From: a bacterium
GTDB lineage: Bacteria; Bacillota; Clostridia; Lachnospirales; Lachnospiraceae
Assembly: GCA_030539495.1 (NCBI GenBank)
Contig: JAUNRX010000004.1
Coordinates: 8,746-72,745 of the forward strand
Direction: 5' to 3'
DNA length: 64,000 bases
Part shown: positions 62,470 through 64,000 of the stretch, one piece after another
How positions within the stretch are numbered: position 1 is the stretch's first letter
Layout of the letters: every line of letters begins with the position of its first letter
Made by a program: the position numbers and the translations under genes
The notes under the pieces: model-generated
The model's input: the letters and a program-made list of their open reading frames with translations, nothing else
Database searches by the model: none
Told to the model about the DNA's origin: nothing

Positions 62470-62522
62470 TTTATCATAAAGAAGGTTTTGTGATTAATCT
62501 TATAACCAATAGAAACGTAATC

Positions 62523-62554
62523 AAAAGGCTCGACCGTCGGTCGAGTCTTTTTTT
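62523..62554 (+). terminator. Intrinsic terminator after tRNA
   Basis: AAAAGGCTCGACC / GGTCGAGTCTTTT plus T-tract. Confidence 0.8.
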
Positions 62555-62748
62555 GTTATGTGGATTTGCTTTGCAAATCCACATAACAAAAACGCTCCGC
62601 TAAGGATGCGCACTCACCTGACAGGAAGATGTCGCTGACGCGACCAGGTTCGGCGCGAAAAAAGAGTCTTTGTATCAAAGACTCTTTTTATTATAAAGAT
62701 TTGCTTTGCAATTCCACATAACAAAAATGCTCCGCTAAGGCAGATGTC
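62550..62748 (+). repeat. Dispersed repeat family 1, copy D, with an internally deleted second copy
   Basis: Perfect 20 bp hairpin (TTTTTGTTATGTGGATTTGC-TTT-GCAAATCCACATAACAAAAA), CGCTCCGCTAAGGATGCG, core CGCACTCACCTGACAGGA, ATGTCGCTGACGCGACCAGGTTCGGCGCG, another hairpin, then GATTTGCTTTGCAATTCCACATAACAAAAATGCTCCGCTAAGG again at 62698. Confidence 0.85.
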
Positions 62749-62800
62749 ATAGAATTCTAAACTTAGTTATTAATATCTTAAATGGTGGGAAGTACATTTA

Positions 62801-62897
62801 TTCGTCATAGAAATCGATACTAACAATAAATTGTCGGTCAATTTTATAAAAATAGAACTATTGTTTGACAAAGATTGCATACCATTCCAATTATAAT
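62801..62897 (+). promoter_or_regulatory. Spo0A-dependent sigma-A promoter of spoIIE
   Basis: TTGACA-N21-TATAAT (62865-62897); reverse 0A box TTCGTCA at 62801 and near-match TTTGACA over the -35. Confidence 0.6.
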
Positions 62898-62937
62898 ACG
62901 GGCAAATAGCGAATTTAAAGTGAGGAGCGAAGTTGCT

Positions 62938-64000
62938 ATGAAATCCATAAATAAGAGAGCCATATGTATTGACTTACTTGCAGTAGTTGTTTCAAGAGCG
63001 GTACTTTATTCGATGAATCCAGTAGCTGTTGCATATTTTGCAGCTGCATTTCTTGAAAAAAGCATGAGGTATTTAGTATTGGTAGCTACGTTGGTAGGAA
63101 TGGCTTTATGGATGCCAATAAGAACGGCCATAGTGTACGGATCGATCATACTACTCATTACAGTAGTTACTTTGTGGGTGGAAAAACGTCAGAAGAGGAT
63201 TTCTCCCTATGTGGTCGGGATTATAGCGACGATTATAACGATTGCAGTAAATGCTGCATCCAGTATACAGCTAGGAATTAAACAAAGGGAACTTATTTTA
63301 ATCGGAGTTGAGGGAATCTTGGTGTTTGCCCTCTTCGTTATATTTTTAAAGGCATTTTCGTACTTATTATATTGTCAAAAGGGACAAGTTCCTGGAAATG
63401 AAGAATTAATCAGCCTTGTAGTTATGATTGCAATTTTGGTGTATGCAATGCCTACGATTAAAAATGTTGATTATTCGATAGAAGAAACCGTGGCGTATCT
63501 ATTAATTTTAATCATGGGGTATAAATATGGGGCTGGATCTGGTGCAATCTGTGGTGCAGCCTGTGGAATTGTATTATGTGTTCAAAATGGAGCTGACCAG
63601 ATTGCGACGACCAATACAATTATAGGAATTATGTGTATTCTCGGTATTTGTGCCGGGATATTTCGAAAAGTGGGCCGTATAGGAAGCGGAATTGCTTTTG
63701 TTGTAGCAAATATTGCATTAGGATATTTTTATGAAAAAAATCTAATGGAGGTAGCGGCAGTTCGAGCCTTGGCATCGGCGACGGCTATTTTTCTGCTGAT
63801 GCCAAGGAAAATCATGTACCCTGTGGAGCTTACAAAGATGCCAGAGGAAGAAGATGTAGTGCAGGGGAAGGTGAAAGAAGCTGTCCAATGTAAGCTAAAT
63901 GACTTTGCAGATTCGTTTAAGACGTTATCTAAGACCTTTTATGGAATCTCTGATACAAAAAGCAGCCTTAGTAAAAATGATGTTGATTATATTTTTGATG
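62938..64000 (+). CDS. spoIIE: Stage II sporulation protein E, N-terminal membrane domain (truncated by window end)
   Basis: Manual translation from ATG 62938 (RBS GAGGAG): open to window end, about 10 TM, GNEELISL, GYKYGAGSGAICG, KLNDFADSFKTLSKTF; synteny divIC-tRNA-Met-spoIIE. Confidence 0.9.
   Translation, partial: MKSINKRAICIDLLAVVVSRAVLYSMNPVAVAYFAAAFLEKSMRYLVLVATLVGMALWMPIRTAIVYGSIILLITVVTLWVEKRQKRISPYVVGIIATIITIAVNAASSIQLGIKQRELILIGVEGILVFALFVIFLKAFSYLLYCQKGQVPGNEELISLVVMIAILVYAMPTIKNVDYSIEETVAYLLILIMGYKYGAGSGAICGAACGIVLCVQNGADQIATTNTIIGIMCILGICAGIFRKVGRIGSGIAFVVANIALGYFYEKNLMEVAAVRALASATAIFLLMPRKIMYPVELTKMPEEEDVVQGKVKEAVQCKLNDFADSFKTLSKTFYGISDTKSSLSKNDVDYIFD

Overview
AT-rich chromosomal window from a spore-forming clostridial bacterium. 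Gene order and protein sequences look Lachnospiraceae-like (inference). From left to right: (1) a 12.8 kb [FeFe]-hydrogenase cluster, made of a leftward electron-bifurcating hydC-HATPase-hydD-hydB-hydA operon (hydA cut by the window edge), a divergent DRTGG/Ser-kinase/atypical-hydrogenase/DRTGG/PHP module and an hfsABCD-like sensory operon, with a Rex-like operator in the divergent gap; (2) glpK, a membrane protein, asnS, preQ1-riboswitch-controlled queT, a GH18 cortex hydrolase, cwlD, tsaC-ywlE-rpiB; (3) a complete F1Fo ATP synthase operon whose c subunit has the full Na+-binding signature; (4) class B sortase, ywmB, a spore-coat-like orphan, methyltransferase, an 880-aa surface protein, aminopeptidase, the deoB-deoD-deoC-cdd-pdp operon, GT2, PAP2, Lrp, an ABC-2 exporter, LysR, xpt; (5) the conserved spoIIID-pth-mfd-prsA-truA-spoVT-mazG-hup-yabOPQ-divIC-tRNA-Met-spoIIE region (spoIIE cut by the right edge). 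No transposase, integrase, prophage or CRISPR array was found. The least explained signal is non-coding: at least three families of modular, hairpin-rich dispersed repeats, mostly sitting directly behind intrinsic terminators. One family has a conserved CRCAYTCANCTGAMAGGA core in four copies, preceded by a hairpin whose sequence varies but whose pairing is kept in three of them. There are also several candidate small transcription units. All annotation was done by eye from motifs and synteny; no database searches or folding programs were run.
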